From: Vicugna vicugna
Taxonomy: Eukaryota
DNA: 62,000 nucleotides
Direction: 5' to 3'
Assembly: GCA_013265495.1 (NCBI GenBank)
Contig: MU058065.1
Span: 951,527 to 1,013,526 of the forward strand
Below the pieces are notes generated by a model. The model saw nothing but the letters and a program-made list of their open reading frames with translations. It had not been told where the DNA came from and searched no databases. The stretch's first letter is position 1, and each line of letters starts with the position of its first letter. The position numbers and the translations under genes are program-made. Positions 13,460 to 25,490 of this stretch are shown here, one piece after another.

Positions 13460-13685
13460 GCATCTACTAAGTGTCTAAATGCACAGTTTAATTTTCAGAG
13501 ATTAAGCCCACAGGTTAAATCACTGCAATAACCCTAAGAGGAAGCTCCAGTTTCTCTCCCGTTTTACAGACGAAGAAACTAAGACAGGAGAAGTTAAAGA
13601 AAATTTCTCAAGCCTCTTAAATAGGGAGTGCTAGGTTTAAAATCCAGGTATGCGAACATCCATGGATTTAACCAGTACACTAAGT
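13460..13685 (-). mobile_element. MIR SINE
   Basis: Core cccgttttacagacgaagaaactaagacaggagaagttaa. Confidence 0.7.
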
Positions 13686-14519
13686 GGCATTATTGTTACC
13701 ATCACTGAATCATTTCTGTAGTAAGTCTTGCTTCTAGTAACATCCAACTGCACAGAAGAATTATGATCAAGTTTGAGAATTCTCTTTTTTTTTCTTTCCT
13801 AATCTCATCATCTATAGATCCCTTTCCATTTTGATTGTAAGTCTTGTGGTGGTGCTCCTTTTAATTTTAGATAATATGCTTTTTGATACATTTTAATAAA
13901 AGACAATACTATTTTGTCCACACTGTAATAGATGGTTATTTAGCTGGTATGCACTAGACCCATGTTCTCCATCCCTAGTCCCAATAATACCAGTACCACT
14001 ACTGGGTTTACAGCTCTTGGTTTTCACATGGGCACTTTATGACATTAGTAATGAACATAAATCCCTGTTTCTCATTCCATAGGATTTTTATGGTATCTAT
14101 CGATCTATCCCCACTTAAGATGAAATCACTACCCTTACTCCTCCCTCACTCTTCACTTCCCACCTTGCCAGTGAAATTTTTCCTTTTTAAGTAACTCACT
14201 TTATCAACTTTTACGCTCTGTTCTGCACCCACAGCCAAGGTGGCCATGCTTTGTCCACAGACGGACTCTAGAGATTTAGAGCGTATAAGTAGTCACCTTA
14301 TTATCATGATGTAGGTAATTTTATTGCTTCTTCAAACACTGCATTCAAATTACATTCTCATCTCAGAAACTTAATGTCAAGACTTCTGTGAAAGCTGAAA
14401 GAAATGTGCCTACTATCAGGGTCAAGTTATTTTTATTTTACTTCTTCAAATCATACCCCATTTTATTTTACTTCTATATAAACTATGACCTTCTGTACAT
14501 TTTAGTTCCATCATTTCCA

Positions 14520-14640
14520 ATTGCCTTTTTTGTTTTCTTTTCCTTTTTTTCTATTCCTTTCCTTTCCTTTTTTTCTTCTTCTTTTGTTCCTCTGTCTTTC
14601 TTCCCCCTCCCTCCCTTCGTACTCTCCCCTCCTCTCTTTT
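14520..14640. repeat. Polypyrimidine low-complexity tract
   Basis: Directly visible. Confidence 0.8.
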
Positions 14641-17143
14641 CAAACTATGTGCCCTGATACCATCCTATGATTTTCCAAACCTCTCATCCAGAGAAACAGA
14701 AGTTACTTCATAACTTTCTCTAGAAATGTGTGTTTCCCCTCTCACTCCTTCTCCAAGGGAGGACTAACATTCTGGGGCTCCAGAATGGTCAGGGAACGGG
14801 AGGGAGGAGGTGCATTGGTCCTCTATCCACATCTTCCCATGCTGACATCAGCTGAGATGGCATGGCCCTATCTGGTCCTCCTCCCAACCTCTCATCCGCT
14901 GGTCTCCCATCGTGGATATCGGCAACCTTCACGCCTTCTCCAGCCCCACGCTGTGGTCAGGAAAACTCGACAGGGCTGTAGAGGTCTGTCTTGAAATTCC
15001 TTCACATCTCTATTATACCCTTCCATTCCTCAGTCATGCATGAGGGACTCTGTGAGACTTGCCAGATTCTAAGGGATTTAGATATAAATGCTATAAAAAT
15101 CTCTTCTGTTTTTGAGATTCCCCAAACTATACGGGAAATCCATCCTAATGCCCCCGCCCTGCTGCCTTTCAGGAATTTGACTTTAGGGGAGAGTGGAGGG
15201 CGGGAGCCTCTTTATCAGAGACCAGTATCAGTGATTTACTGTGTGACATTTGTATTCTGAACTTTCACCCTTTTTCCCCAGGCCAAACCATTTTTATCTC
15301 CTCTGCAGCTAGAAAGACCCATTCTCAGTGATTCTTCCCAGTCTCTCATCTGGGTCCCTACTTCAATAAGTAGCTTCTTTTATTTCCCTTTGTTTTTTTC
15401 TTTTAATCCTACCCTGTAATGTAGGATTAAACCTCTCCAACAGCTGATTCTTTAACTGAACTCCTCATGATCCATACACTGCACTCCAGGAATGTCGGAA
15501 TCTCAATTCAGACTCAAGCTGAAAAATAGTTACATGGACTAGTCTTTACCTGTGCGTTGTACCAAACACTAAACCTACGCATTTCCTAAAGCAACCCTGG
15601 CCAGTCAAAACTATTTTCGAAACTGAATCTGACACAAACTGATAAATCTTTGAGGTTCAGTCCCAGAAATACAATTATTTTGAACTTCAACCTCATCTCA
15701 AGATATTTGGAGAAAAAACAAAGACACCGTGTCTATTAATTCTAACTTCAGGTCTCCCACCTATGGTGGGGCAGTCATCTGAGGACCCTTTGTGTTAATG
15801 CCATAACTTTCATCTCAGACCCACAGGGGATCTGATAAAGAAGAAAAGGAGGCAGCATTTCTGCCACCGAGGAGGCTGGTTCCCACGAGCTGCTAACTCC
15901 TGTTCCCTAGTGGTTCTTAAAGGCCATTTAGGTTAATGCCCAACCCTCAGGTGGCCTGCAAGTATCAGACATTTTGTGGGGTTTTTTTTTTTTCCCCATT
16001 TGTTCTCCTCTTTCATTGGAAGAGCATTCAAACAGGTTCAGTATGAGTTGTGGTTATATTCAAATTGATGTTCAGCCGTCCTCATTAAAGTTTAAAGAAT
16101 CTTCTAGAAGTCAGAAAGTACTTATTAGTGGGAATTTCATAAATTCTTGAAGTAAAGAAAAAAATGAATCTTTGAAGCACCTGAGTTGTATGCTTAAAGA
16201 TATCAAGAACATATTTTATTATTTCTACCCACCGCCATGCAATAGCCCCTTCTGTAATAAATCCTTCAGAAATCCTGAGGGATTTTAAAATGAAAGATTC
16301 TTACAAGCTGGAATCATTAAGCTCCAAGTACAGGAAGTACGCTGGCTACATGATCTTGCAAACCCTCTAACCTTTTAATGCTTTGATTGATGAGTTTGAT
16401 ATCACTTTGTCTCAGGCTTCATGGGACCATTGACTACTAATCAGGTTTAATAAATGTAATTCCACTTGAAAATATTAAGTACCATAAAACTATTACCTTG
16501 ATGATTTTTAACTAAGTGTATCCATAAAAATTTCTGGCAGTTTTTATATGAGCAGTGATCATGGAACAAAAGTGTTTTCTGGACACAATATACCACATCC
16601 AATTTACCTAGAATTATATTTTGAGGGATTTTTCCCATTTCAGCTGTAATACAGAATAAAAAGGTAACTGGGCAATGAGCAATGTTTCTTAGTACGACTT
16701 CCATGAAACAGAAGTTTGCAAAGAAAAATCGATGAAGAGCATTTACTCTCTAAAAATGTAGATAGATATTCAAAGTAAGAAGTCAGATCCATTTTGATAA
16801 ATATGCATTTGATTACTAGTTAGCCTATAGGTAAAAACATCCTGACTTAAATGAAAATTTAAGGAATCAGTTAACATCCTTAGTGCTTAATGCTACCCAC
16901 AGAAATTTCAAAATAAAGTTTCTTGAAGCTTTTCACAATTTATTTAAGAATCAGGTTAATCACTGCACAGAGAACAAGGTAAATTAAACTCAGGACTTAC
17001 AGATTCGTCGTAAGCATAGAACTATAGTTCCTATACACAAGTAATACATTTTTGAGAAGCTAAGACTGTTAGCTTATTAGAAGTTTTATAATCTAATTTT
17101 CAGAAAAATTTCCAGAAGCAAGTTTGCTGTATTACGAGATTTC

Positions 17144-17727
17144 TATGATGGCTAACTTTATGTGTAAATTTGACTGGGCTAAGGGATGTCCAGATATTTG
17201 ATCATTGTTCTGTGTCTGTGAAGGTGTTTTTGGATGAAATTAGCATCTGAATAAATAAACTGAGTGAAGTAGATTGCTCTCCTCGTGTGGGTGGGCCTTG
17301 TGCAATCAGATGAAGTGCTGAATCAAACCAAAAGGCTGATCCCCGCCCCCCTCAACCCCCACTTAAGTAAAGGAGAATTCCTCTTGCCTGACAGCCCTTC
17401 CTCCAACTAGGACACCAGCTTTTTCCTGCCTTCAGACTTGAATTAAAACAAGCTCTCCTGGGTCTCAGGTCTTTGCACTTGGTGGACTTGAACTAGAGCT
17501 ACACCGTCAGGTGTCCTGGGTCTCCAGCTGGACAATTTACCAGGCAAATCTTGGGACTGTTGGCCTCCACAATCACATAAGGTAATTCCTTATAATAAAT
17601 CTATCTTTCTATCTACTTACAGATAAACACTATCTATAGAGAAATATCTATATAAAGATGTTGCTATAATAAATAGATAGATTTTCCCCTCCTGGTTCTG
17701 CTTCTCTGGAGAACCCTGACTAGCATA
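17144..17727 (+). mobile_element. MLT2 (ERVL) solo LTR, near full length
   Basis: Starts tatgatggctaactttatgtgtaaatttgactgggctaaggga and ends ggttctgcttctctggagaaccctgactagcata. Confidence 0.88.
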
Positions 17728-17799
17728 GCTCAGCTCCAAAGTGCTGGCCCTGCGTCTGGTGACGATGGCATTCACTTAATATTTACTACGGGAAACAGC

Positions 17800-17990
17800 A
17801 AGGAGGTAAAAAGTGAGTGGGTTTTAAAGACAGTTTTAAATGCAGATCCTCGCTCTGTCACTGACTAGAAGAGTGGTCCTGGGCAGATCACTCCACCACT
17901 GAAAAACGTGTGTCCTTATTAATGAAATAGACAATTTTAGAGGATAGCGCAGGGGCCGTATGGCTTAAGTGTTCAACGTCTGTATACATG
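17800..17990 (+). mobile_element. MIR SINE
   Basis: gatcctcgctctgtcactgactag...tcctgggcagatcact motif. Confidence 0.55.
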
Positions 17991-18552
17991 GAAGGCTTCG
18001 TATACGACAAGGACAGTCACTTTGCCTTTTCATCTGAGGAGGAGAAGATAGGATAGCTCCCCGAGTCTCCCCAGCACCAGCTCTAATAGTCCAGCTTTAG
18101 CACGGAAGAGGAGATGGCAAGGATTTACGGAAGTTAATTCAGTGCCTAAGTTTACGGCTCTTGTTACTCTGTCGAGATGCCAAGCAAACCTGAATTGGGG
18201 GCAGATTAGACAGTGTCAAAGGACTTGGTTTTAGAAAGCATGTCCTTATAAGGTCCTGGATGTTCATTTTCGGGTGAAAACAGAAAAGCTGAGCTAAAGA
18301 AAAGGTACATTTTCCGTATCTGTAACAAATGAGAAATTCACTGGCTTACTTCTCCTTGTGTCTGCTTCTCCCCGCTACCTGGTCCCTGAGGTAAGGGGAG
18401 AATATTTGAGACAAAGTCTCTGGAAAGGTCCCAGGAGCAGTGGGCTACGCGATGCTGAGCCCCTCTTTGGGGATAAGTTTAAAGGGCAGAGAAAAATCCA
18501 GAGTGATAAATGAGCTGGTGTGTGTAAGTGTCTGTGTGCCTGTAAGTGTGTC

Positions 18553-19831
18553 ATCACCCGTAGCTAATGTATTTTCAATATAGAGTGAATCACTTTTTAA
18601 TACGCTCTCCTCTATAGAAAAACATTGCTTCCAGTAATAATTATGTAATGCAACTAATAAAAATAATGTCTGTAAAAGAAGTGCAGACAGTAAAAAGTTT
18701 CTTTTACTGAAAATTCGCACACATAATTATGTTAGCCAAAGTAAGGTAAAACAAAATAAAGTGATTTTTCAGTATAAAAGCAAAAAAGCACATGTATTCA
18801 GTGGTTTTATATCTAACTGGCTGTTTGCACACTGAGCTTTAGCGGACAGTTCTATAAAGCTATATCAATAATTGTTCATTAACTTTTTATTAGTTAATAT
18901 TAATGAAATATATGCTATTTATAGTCAAGCATACACTAAATTTTTCGCTAACGTAAGCAAAAAGGTACAATTTAGGCAATTACTAAATCATTCTGCTGTT
19001 GTAACATTTTATTTCTCATTAGGAACAAAAAAAAACCTAACAGTTAAGAAAGAAGAGTAAAATTTTTAATTTTATTTTTATGTATGTAAAATTAATATAC
19101 ATTTTATTCCTGTGAATGTAATGTATTATTTACATTCAGTAAAACGTTTTATGTGCAAATTAAAACTTGCCTTTATCAAACCGAAATACATGTACAAAGT
19201 ACAAATACGTGTACGTAGTCCAGGCTGTTTGAATGTTTTACATTCCAAACAATGCAAACTCCATCTTGCCATATAGCCTTGCGTGGCGAACTGAAATAAC
19301 TCAAATTCCATTTCTGTGTCTTTATAATCGCTGCACGAGAATTATTTATTTGGGATCAACTGTTGAATGCAGGCTTAGGTAGTACCATAGAGGGTGGAGA
19401 GACAAACTGGGTCCAAAGAAAACTCCAGCAAAGCCAGACCGCTGTACATTTATTCTCCAGAGAAGCATCTGTAGCTGTGTCCGTGCACGCTGGGAGCTGT
19501 GTATTCGGGGGTTCTCTGAATGAAAGTCCATGTAAAATACAACGTTCGTTGAATGCAATAATAATGGCTAATTTGATGTTTACAGACAGACGGCTAATAA
19601 TCAAAAATAACCCAAGAGTGCTTTAGAACTTAGACCAACAAAACATTTTTTCAGGAAACAAGTAGTTCTACCACTGATATTGATCAGCCCCCTCCACCCC
19701 AAGCACATGGTGATAATACAAAGTAGGTCCATTGATTGATTAAATTACTGTGTATGCGTCGGCTACCGATGGCACCCACCCTTACTGCTCGGCCTGGTCA
19801 TCTCTGCCACTGCCCCCTGGATTTGCTAGTG
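18553..19831 (-). mobile_element. Arthur-like hAT-Tip100 non-autonomous DNA transposon with both ends
   Basis: Minus strand from 19831 follows my recollection of the Arthur1 5' region (tattatcaccatg...aaaaaatgttttgttggtctaagttctaaa...ttgtattttacatgga...tggtactac). The 18553-18620 segment resembles the opposite terminus. Confidence 0.7.
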
Positions 19832-20564
19832 GTTGAAATCTATGCAGTTTACTTTCAAATCCTTTGGCATAGGGGGTGGTATCTTTGAGTTCGTTTAAAT
19901 TTCCAGCCCGGTGCTGATTAGTAAATATTTGATTTTCCTTAATCAAGCGTGCACAGGTCACAAGAGGGCGATTCCAGACTCTCATCAGAACCCACATTCC
20001 AAAGGTGGTCACAACAGCACATCAGGCAGCTTTATCTCCACATTGGGAGGCTGTTGTTAATTTAGCAGAATGGATTTTAGAAATGTTCTGTCATTGCTGA
20101 GGGGACTCATGTTGGAGGTGTGATTGTTACCCTCAGTCTCAGAACCCAGCCGGCCCAGGAAACCAAGCTCTCCAGGAGACCTTGGACTTCAGGACAAATT
20201 CTGCATGTGGCCCTGTGTCTGGCCACTTTCATGGGACTGTGTCGCCTGGGCTGATGGGAGCAGCTGACACCTGTCCTTGAACATTGTCTCACCTCACTCT
20301 GGCCAACCTTTCCTGCGAGCTGCCCTTCAGAGAGCCAAGCCAAGAGATTGTAGAATTGAACGCACAAATTTGGTTCCACCTGCGAAGACCTGTTTTCAAG
20401 TCTGGCAAACACTAGAAACTTATTTAACAGATCACCCATTAAAGGTATGGGCAATGTGTGAGCCAGGGGCCCTCACTTGCCCCTAACTGCAGGAACTTAT
20501 GCCTCGGGAAACAGCTTAATAATTGGGAAAGGCCACCAAATTAGCTTAGGACAGTTAACAACTC

Positions 20565-20587
20565 TGTGTGTGTGTGTGTGTGTGTGT
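20565..20587. repeat. (TG)n microsatellite
   Basis: Directly visible. Confidence 0.95.
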
Positions 20588-20934
20588 AGGAAGTGATGAC
20601 TATTAAGGAAAGTGGGCCATAACTTTTTTCCTAAATAAGTCTTTCGTTTTAAGAAGTGGTGGGCCACAGGGAAGAGGCTAAAGTTTGCGAGTAAAATACA
20701 TTTTGGTCTGATAAAACTAAACATCAATGACTCTTTCATCTGGGAACAGCTAGTAAGACCTTGGCATCTTCACCAATCCATGTAAATATTGCTTGGACCA
20801 CGTAAGATATAAATAACATGAATATTTCTTGGGACATACAAGATACAGATAGTAATCATTCATTGTTCTCACATCTTGACAGTTTCTCCCATCTGAAGAA
20901 GTGGGAGAAGGTTCAGGACTTGTGGTACTTTTCA

Positions 20935-21915
20935 TTAATTTTTAAATCAAGAAAATAATGTGTTGATGCAGTCCTACAGTTACATTTTGGAAAGTATATT
21001 GAACTATACAAAGTAAAAATGAAAGTGCCCCTCACTGTTCTTGGCCAACAAAAATGCCACGTCCTCTTGTTAATGGTATATGATTTCAAAATTTTGTCTG
21101 TTTACACAAATGCATATGCACGTATACAAATATCTGTGTTTTCAAAATGGCAATGGAATTGAAATATGCTGCAGAGCTAGAGGATTTTCAAATTAACGTA
21201 TGAATATCCTTATCTGCCTCATTCTTTCTAGTTGTAATATTTTTTTATTCTGTTGCATGGTAGTCCCATAGTTTCCAATATTCCTTACAGTCACAACAGA
21301 ATTTGCGATGTCCTTGAGTTTAGGGGTGTCCATATGAATAAAATATGAATGAGAGAGACCTGGGTCATTTTCAGGTGGAAGTTAGGTTGAAGTTAAACGG
21401 CCCAGATTGGCGTCTGCACCACCTGGCTGGATCCTGAGTGAGGAGAGCACAGGACAGAGCCCCCAGCTGACCTGAGACGGCCACATGTGGGCAAGAAATA
21501 CCTCGGTGTTAAGCCACTGGGGTTTGGGAGTGGTGTATTACTCCAGCAGACTCCAGCCTTTCTTGACTCATACAAACAGTATCTGTAATTCAATCATTTC
21601 CCTAACAACGGATCTGGCATTGGTGCCTCCACTTGTTTCTGTATATAAAATAGTGGCACTAGACACGCTTTCATTAGTATCTTATATTTTTGTACCCAAG
21701 GCAGATTTTATATGGAGTCAGCTTTGACAGATATTGCCAAACGTGTCCTATAAAAAAAAGCTGTCACAATTTATGCTGCTAGAAAAATAGTCATGAGGAC
21801 ACATTGACTCTCACTGTGGCCAACGCTGGATAAGACCTATCCATCGTTTAATTTGTGCAGGATCTGGTGAGTTAAAAACATGTAGCAGTGCGTTTAATTT
21901 GCACTTTCTGATTAT
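20935..21915 (-). mobile_element. Ancient L1 (L1ME-like) remnant, interrupted by an MLT1 LTR
   Basis: Degenerate L1 3' motifs (ttgacagatattgccaaa...tttaatttgcactttctgattatt). Confidence 0.5.
21310..21574 (+). mobile_element. MLT1 (MaLR) LTR fragment
   Basis: ggatcctgagtgagg...agagcccccagctgacc...gttaagccactggggtttggga...tgactcataca terminus. Confidence 0.7.
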
Positions 21916-21919
21916 TGAC

Positions 21920-22260
21920 AACCCCTAAGGAAGGACTTCAGCTTTGCTGCAGGGGGTGCGGGCAGCAGGCATCTCCGGGTAGTTACCCCCCGAGGACCGG
22001 CCTCGGCTGCTCCTGCTGAGTGCACTGGGGTGTGCAAAGGGCAGGCCAGGTTGGCCCAGCACGGGGCCACCCAGGGCTCAGAGCTCCCTCCAGATCGCCT
22101 TGCCAGGTTGGCCAAGACTGGCCGGCATCACTGCCCAGTTTCGCTCTGCACGCAGTTCTTTTGCCTTCCCCTTCCCATCCCGTCTGTGGATCTCTAACAG
22201 GCCCTTTGCACCCCGAATCCTGTCTCAGCAGCCTCTTCGGGAGGACGCGAACTTGCGAAA
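21920..22260 (+). mobile_element. LTR16-like (ERVL) LTR
   Basis: cagagctccc...ccttccccttcc...ttgcaccccgaatcctgtctcagc...gaacttgcgaaa resembles the recalled LTR16 3' half. Confidence 0.6.
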
Positions 22261-23896
22261 ATTTGGAAAGAAGGGGTATATTTACATTATTGGCTCTCAG
22301 TTTCTTAATGAGTGAACATTGTTCTTGAGAACAGTCAGTCACGCATCCTCATGAGAACAGGTTCCATGAAACGAGTCGGTGGTCACGGTGCTTATTCGTT
22401 CTGAGACTGTGCTCCATCGTAAAGGAAAACCACCAAGGCTCTGAAACAGGAAGTTCAAGCAGGCATCAAGTTCTTAACATCACTGAATGAAACGGGGCTG
22501 GAGGAAGACGAGAGGGAGGGGGAAAGCGTGGAACATAGCGGAGAGGGTCAGCCTTGTCCCTAACTGCCTTGTAGACACGTGGGCCCGGTGTGCCTCCCAC
22601 CTTTTCCCGTTTCATTTTCTCAGAAAAAACCCTTAGATCCATATATTATGTAAAACGTCCTGCTGCCTGATCTAGAATACGCACAAGTATGTTTCCAACC
22701 AATTATTTTTTCTCAAGAGGAAACAAGGTTTGTGAAGCAGAGAAGAAAAGACTTACTACATCAAGTGTGAATTAAACTTTAATTTACCTCTGACAAAATG
22801 CTTGTTTTCATCATCGCGAGACATGAGATGATAATACATCATTAAAGCCAAACGTCTACTGCCAGGCTCACTGCGCTTCAAGCGGTAGCAGATCAGAATG
22901 TGCGCCGTGGCAGAGAAGGCACGTGAGTCAGGCTTCAGTCCCAAACTAAAAACCATGTGTCCTTTTCCCTTCACTGAGAAATGAGAGAGAGGTCCAGAGG
23001 CTACTGGGGATCCCTCACCAGGAGAGAAACATCGCCATGGGGAATATGTTTTTTTGCATCATGTTAATGTCATTATGCTCTCTGATATTTCAGAAAATCA
23101 TGGTATGCCTCAAAATCTATAAGGTGTCAGAAAAGGCATGTTCACCTTCTGCATTTAAAAAGTGTAAGTAGTAAAAGATTTACGTTCCCTTATTTTATAG
23201 GAATCAACAATAACCATACAGTTCTTGGTACCATCACAGAGCTTTGTTTTTCTCCAAGATACAAGCTCTAACTAGAATATATTATCTGTTTATTCATTTA
23301 TTTTTATCTTCTATAACAATTTACAAGGCATCAGGAAAGAAACTAACTTTATTTTTCTGTAGCGTAGCAGACAATACATGTGTACACCCGTCATTCTTTC
23401 ATTCTCTGATGAAAGACTTTAATTCCCAAACCAGTTAGATTTGTTGGAGCAACTTAGAATGGTTGCTGTGAACTGAATATTTGAAAGCCTCTCTTCTACC
23501 TCAAGACCAATTCTTCCACCTGTGTTCAGTTTTTTAAAACATCAAATGTGTTTGATTTAATTTCAATTAATATTAACAAAAAATAATGAAACTGGGAGGG
23601 ATGGAATCAAAGAACTTAATTTCAGAGAAGTGTTTTAACAGGAAGGATTGCAAATTCTAATAAAATATATTCAGAATTCATTAAGCTATTCATAACAAGC
23701 AAATGGCACCAAAATTGACCAATATTAATTTTGGCCTAAAAAGTCCAACACCAATTTCAATGTTTTGCAGGTACCAATAGTAAAAAGATTTATAAAGCAC
23801 ATATTTATTTTATTGGGGTACTAGGTAATCGTTCATAAAAAGTGTTCATAAAAATGAAAAACATAATAGTAGTAAGGAAGTGTTAAAAAAAATTGT

Positions 23897-24260
23897 TGTT
23901 CCGATCATGAGATCCAATCAGGCGATAGTAATCATGTAATAATTTGAATAGGAAAAAGCTGAAGTAAAGAAGTATTAACTGTAACAGAGAAAAATATATA
24001 CAGCAGTAACAAGAACTCTAAAAATTACCCTGGGGCTGAGGGAGTGAACCCAAGGAAGGGACAAATTTGGAAGATGGGATTTTCTTCCTCTGTGCTGGGA
24101 TTCAGACCTCATTGGAGAGAGTGTGGTGACAGCCCAATGGATGGCAGAGTAGTTTGCTGGTTGCCTTGTGACAGAGCTGGTCTGCAGACTCTGGGTAAGC
24201 GGGAAGCATCCTCCTAGACGCCGTTAGAACTTGATGGAGATGAGCATCACTTACATTTGG
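23897..24260 (-). mobile_element. LTR78/LTR79-like LTR fragment
   Basis: tccaatcagg...aatttgaatagga...taccctggggctgagg...cccaaggaag...gctgggattcagacctcattggagag. Confidence 0.65.
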
Positions 24261-24367
24261 AGCTGAAAGGATATAAACTGACCATTTTCACAGTTGTGTT
24301 TAACTTACTACCATCTTGCCATTTTTAAGTGGACAAATGTCCTTAAGATTCCAAGCACTTTATAGTC

Positions 24368-24537
24368 AACAAGAACCTGCTGTATAGACAGGAAACTATA
24401 TTCAATATCTTGTAATAACCTATAATGGAAAAGAATCTGAAAAAGAAAAAAAAAATATATATATAACAAAATTGCCTCACTGTATATGTGAAACTAACAC
24501 AGCATTGTAAATCAACTACACTTCAATTAAAAAAAAG
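24368..24537 (+). mobile_element. LINE-1 3' end, older artiodactyl type
   Basis: aacaagaacctgctgtatag...aatatcttgtaataacctataatggaaaagaatctgaaaaaga...gtaaatcaactacacttcaatt plus A tail. Confidence 0.85.
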
Positions 24538-25159
24538 ACTTCAAGTAGTTTCACTTTATCAGTTCTCATAAATATTACAATAATCATATTCTAAAGAATA
24601 TGAGCATATCCAGGATTGGGGGCCACTCTAGTGATTAAATATAACTTGCTGTATGTAGCCTGTGGATCTAAGAGTTTCCTAGAAGTCTAAATCATAATTC
24701 TTTGAAATGGTTGATAAAGTGTCTCTAATCTCTTTATATTGTTTACTGTTTATTCTATTTATTTTTTTGGTTTGAAAAGTGAGGGAAGATCAGGGACCTG
24801 AAGTGTTTTACACTTTATGGTTGGTCGGTTGGTTGGTTTTCCTGATTTCTAGCTCGTACGCATGGCTTTAGCTGTTGCAGTTTCATGGAAATGTTAATCC
24901 TTTCAATGTCTACAAATACCTGTGAAAACAAGTGCTGCTCCAAATTTTGCGAGAAGTGAAGCTTATACAAATTGGGGAGAGGTACCCTTTAAGAAAAAAA
25001 TATACAAATTTATGAATTCTGTGATTTATGTAAAACTAGTCTATGAAGCCTAAAGTGAATGTATATCCAGCCCAACTTTTTCTTAGCCAGATCCCAAAAA
25101 TTCCCCCAGCTACCCCAGTGACCCCAGATGAAGGAGAAGTAAAATGGAAGGTAAATTAA

Positions 25160-25490
25160 AGTAGAAAAAGAAAAAAACAAACAAACAAACAAAGCATAAA
25201 TACAAAACAGAAATAGACTCACAGACATCGAATACTAACTTGTGTTTGCCAAGGGGGTGGTGGGTGGGAAGAGACAGACTGGGATTTCAAAATTGTAGAA
25301 TAGATACACAAGATTATACTGTATAGCACAGGAAATATATACAAGATCTTGTGGTAGCTCACAGAGAAAAAAAATGTGATAATGAACATATGTATGTTCA
25401 TGTATAACTGAAAAATTGTGCTCTACACGGGAATTTGACACAACATTGTAAAATTATTATAAATCAATTTAAAAAATGTTAAAGAAGAAA
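25160..25490 (+). mobile_element. LINE-1 3'UTR fragment, camelid type
   Basis: Same sequence family as positions 60-400. Confidence 0.9.

Noticed and set aside
15402..15431. 11-bp inverted repeat with 8-nt spacer (tttaatcctac/gtaggattaaa)
   Set aside because: AT-rich and within chance expectation once variable spacers are allowed.
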